Made by a program: the position numbers and the translations under genes. A DNA stretch of 63,627 nucleotides, filler included, from Hausera hauseri (lineage: Eukaryota), in the NCBI GenBank assembly GCA_046269625.1. It is 12 parts of 12 records of this genome, joined end to end, with 100 filler letters (N's around TTAATTAATTAA, not from the genome) between each part and the next. Parts side by side here need not be neighbours in the genome. Positions count along the whole stretch, not along the records: positions 59,654 to 63,627 come from JBJURY010845969.1; 11 more parts are not named here. One strand, 5' to 3'. Positions 62,201 to 63,627 of this stretch are shown here, one piece after another. How positions within the stretch are numbered: position 1 is the stretch's first letter; the number at the start of each line of letters is the position of its first letter. The notes under the pieces were generated by a model. That model did no database searches. It was not told the origin of the DNA and worked only from the letters and a program-made list of their open reading frames with translations.

Positions 62201-63486
62201 CACTACAGGGGCACATATTATCCAAACGTTCTGTCCTCCGGCTATCGAGTCTAGTTGACTTATCCTGAATGCTATTAATCCCTGAAATAGATCAGCTTAA
62301 AATCGACCGCATTCACTTTAACTCTACTACACTACGCAATTAACACCAACACATTTATTTATATTATTGTTTAATCATCATTTCTAAGTATCTGACTTTC
62401 GACCTTCTGACTTTCCAAGTATTTTCCATCTTCATGAGTCGCTATCATATCAATGGATCCTTTCTCCGATCACTCATCAGTTATTATCATTCCCTAAACG
62501 CTCAAATTTGATAGGATTTCTGCTTTCGTATCGATTTTCCGAATGCTCTGTCATCTTCCGTTGCCATAATTCTATTCGTAGTATCCTTCGACTCGCTGAT
62601 ATTCGGTCTTCCTATCGCTTACTTGCCGCCACCATTTCGATTTATTTTGAAAAAACTTTTATTGATATTAACAAATTTACATGACAAATAAAAATAAAAA
62701 TGAAACACAATTAAGATGAACCAAAATACACGTACCGGGTTCTCCTTGCATGGAATGATGATGATCGTCGTGGTTATTCTCTGACATTGTCCTATCATAA
62801 ATACATAATCATCTAAAATTTAGTTCAAGTCTAACCTGAACGAATAGTTCTAACTTTGAAAATCTTCAAAAGGTTTTAGTGTGTCTGTAAGGTTTTTAAG
62901 GCAAGTATATATACTTGCCTGTTTCTATTTTCGGGGTGACGTCATGTTAAAAATACAATGACGTAAATTTATTTTTGGAAATTGCGATATTATGTCGTTA
63001 TTTTCCAATTTTAATTTTGGAAAAACAGGTGTACTTTTAATAACACCATTCCCTGATTGCTGAAATCCCAACAATACTATTCTTTATATTGTTATTTCTA
63101 ATTTGATAAATCCATAAATTTTGCGTGCATTTTTGAAATTAAGTTCGTAAATTGCGTATATTTTTAAAATATAATTTCAATACACTTTGTGCGCATTTTA
63201 AAGTGTAATTTCATTTTACTTCATGTAATAATCAATATAATTTGCGTGCATTTTTAGAGTATACTTTCATTTTACTATACGACGTATCTCTCGGCTCACC
63301 AACAGGGTCAGGGGTACAATAATTGTACAAGGTACAGAAAAAGAAATATGGATGTCCATCATGTGGGACTCAACATTCAACATATTAAAATGAAGGATAA
63401 CAGGCAAGAAGACAATGGGCGAAGATAAGAATTTATTTCATTTTAAAATCATAAATGTTTAAAATCATACATGTACAGCATTGTAA

Positions 63487-63561
63487 ATGTACAAATGTTA
63501 ATCAATATGTTTGTTAAGGAGTCAATGTACAAATGTTAATCAATATGTTTGTTAAGGAGTC
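63487..63561. repeat. 38-bp tandem duplication inside a putative LTR
   Basis: ATGTACAAATGTTAATCAATATGTTTGTTAAGGAGTC twice. Confidence 0.85.
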
Positions 63562-63581
63562 GTAACATTTCTCCCCCTTTT
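63562..63581 (-). promoter_or_regulatory. PPT and LTR start
   Basis: Minus strand AAAAGGGGGAGAAA then TGTTAC; LTR would begin at 63567 and run leftward. Confidence 0.65.
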
Positions 63582-63627
63582 GAGAAGGATTCGGTCCTCC
63601 GGATCACTCTGGGTACTGGCATCAATG

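Noticed and set aside
63290-63301. TGGTGAGCCGAG (minus strand) as a PBS closing the last LTR
   Set aside because: Not preceded by CA and the tRNA match is not identifiable
1-63627. Prokaryotic systems (retron, DGR, CRISPR), rRNA or tRNA genes
   Set aside because: All RTs are LTR-type with RNaseH and integrase; no operons, spacer arrays or structural RNA genes were seen

Overview
The window is not one locus. It is 12 short contigs joined by an artificial 100-nt linker (N44-TTAATTAATTAA-N44), from an AT-rich animal genome dominated by transposons. Contigs: 1-4581, 4682-8872, 8973-13517, 13618-19120, 19221-23395, 23496-31626, 31727-36638, 36739-41034, 41135-45876, 45977-50620, 50721-59553, 59654-63627. 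Content: several Ty3/Gypsy LTR retrotransposons (one with intact gag and pol and an HIV-like -1 frameshift signal), an intact DD34D mariner with perfect 31-bp TIRs, decayed hAT and Tigger transposases, and intronless fragments resembling host genes (CFAP69, GLG1, Flightless-I, Toll-like LRR). The main signal is a Gypsy-type family, seen in four contigs, that carries a chuvirus-like fusion glycoprotein between gag and protease-RT-RNaseH-IN rather than after pol. A fifth contig, linked by a shared FN3-like/TM motif, suggests a 3' accessory region encoding a type I membrane protein and a catalytically altered DEDDh exonuclease. All protein-family calls come from motif recognition by eye; no database search was run.
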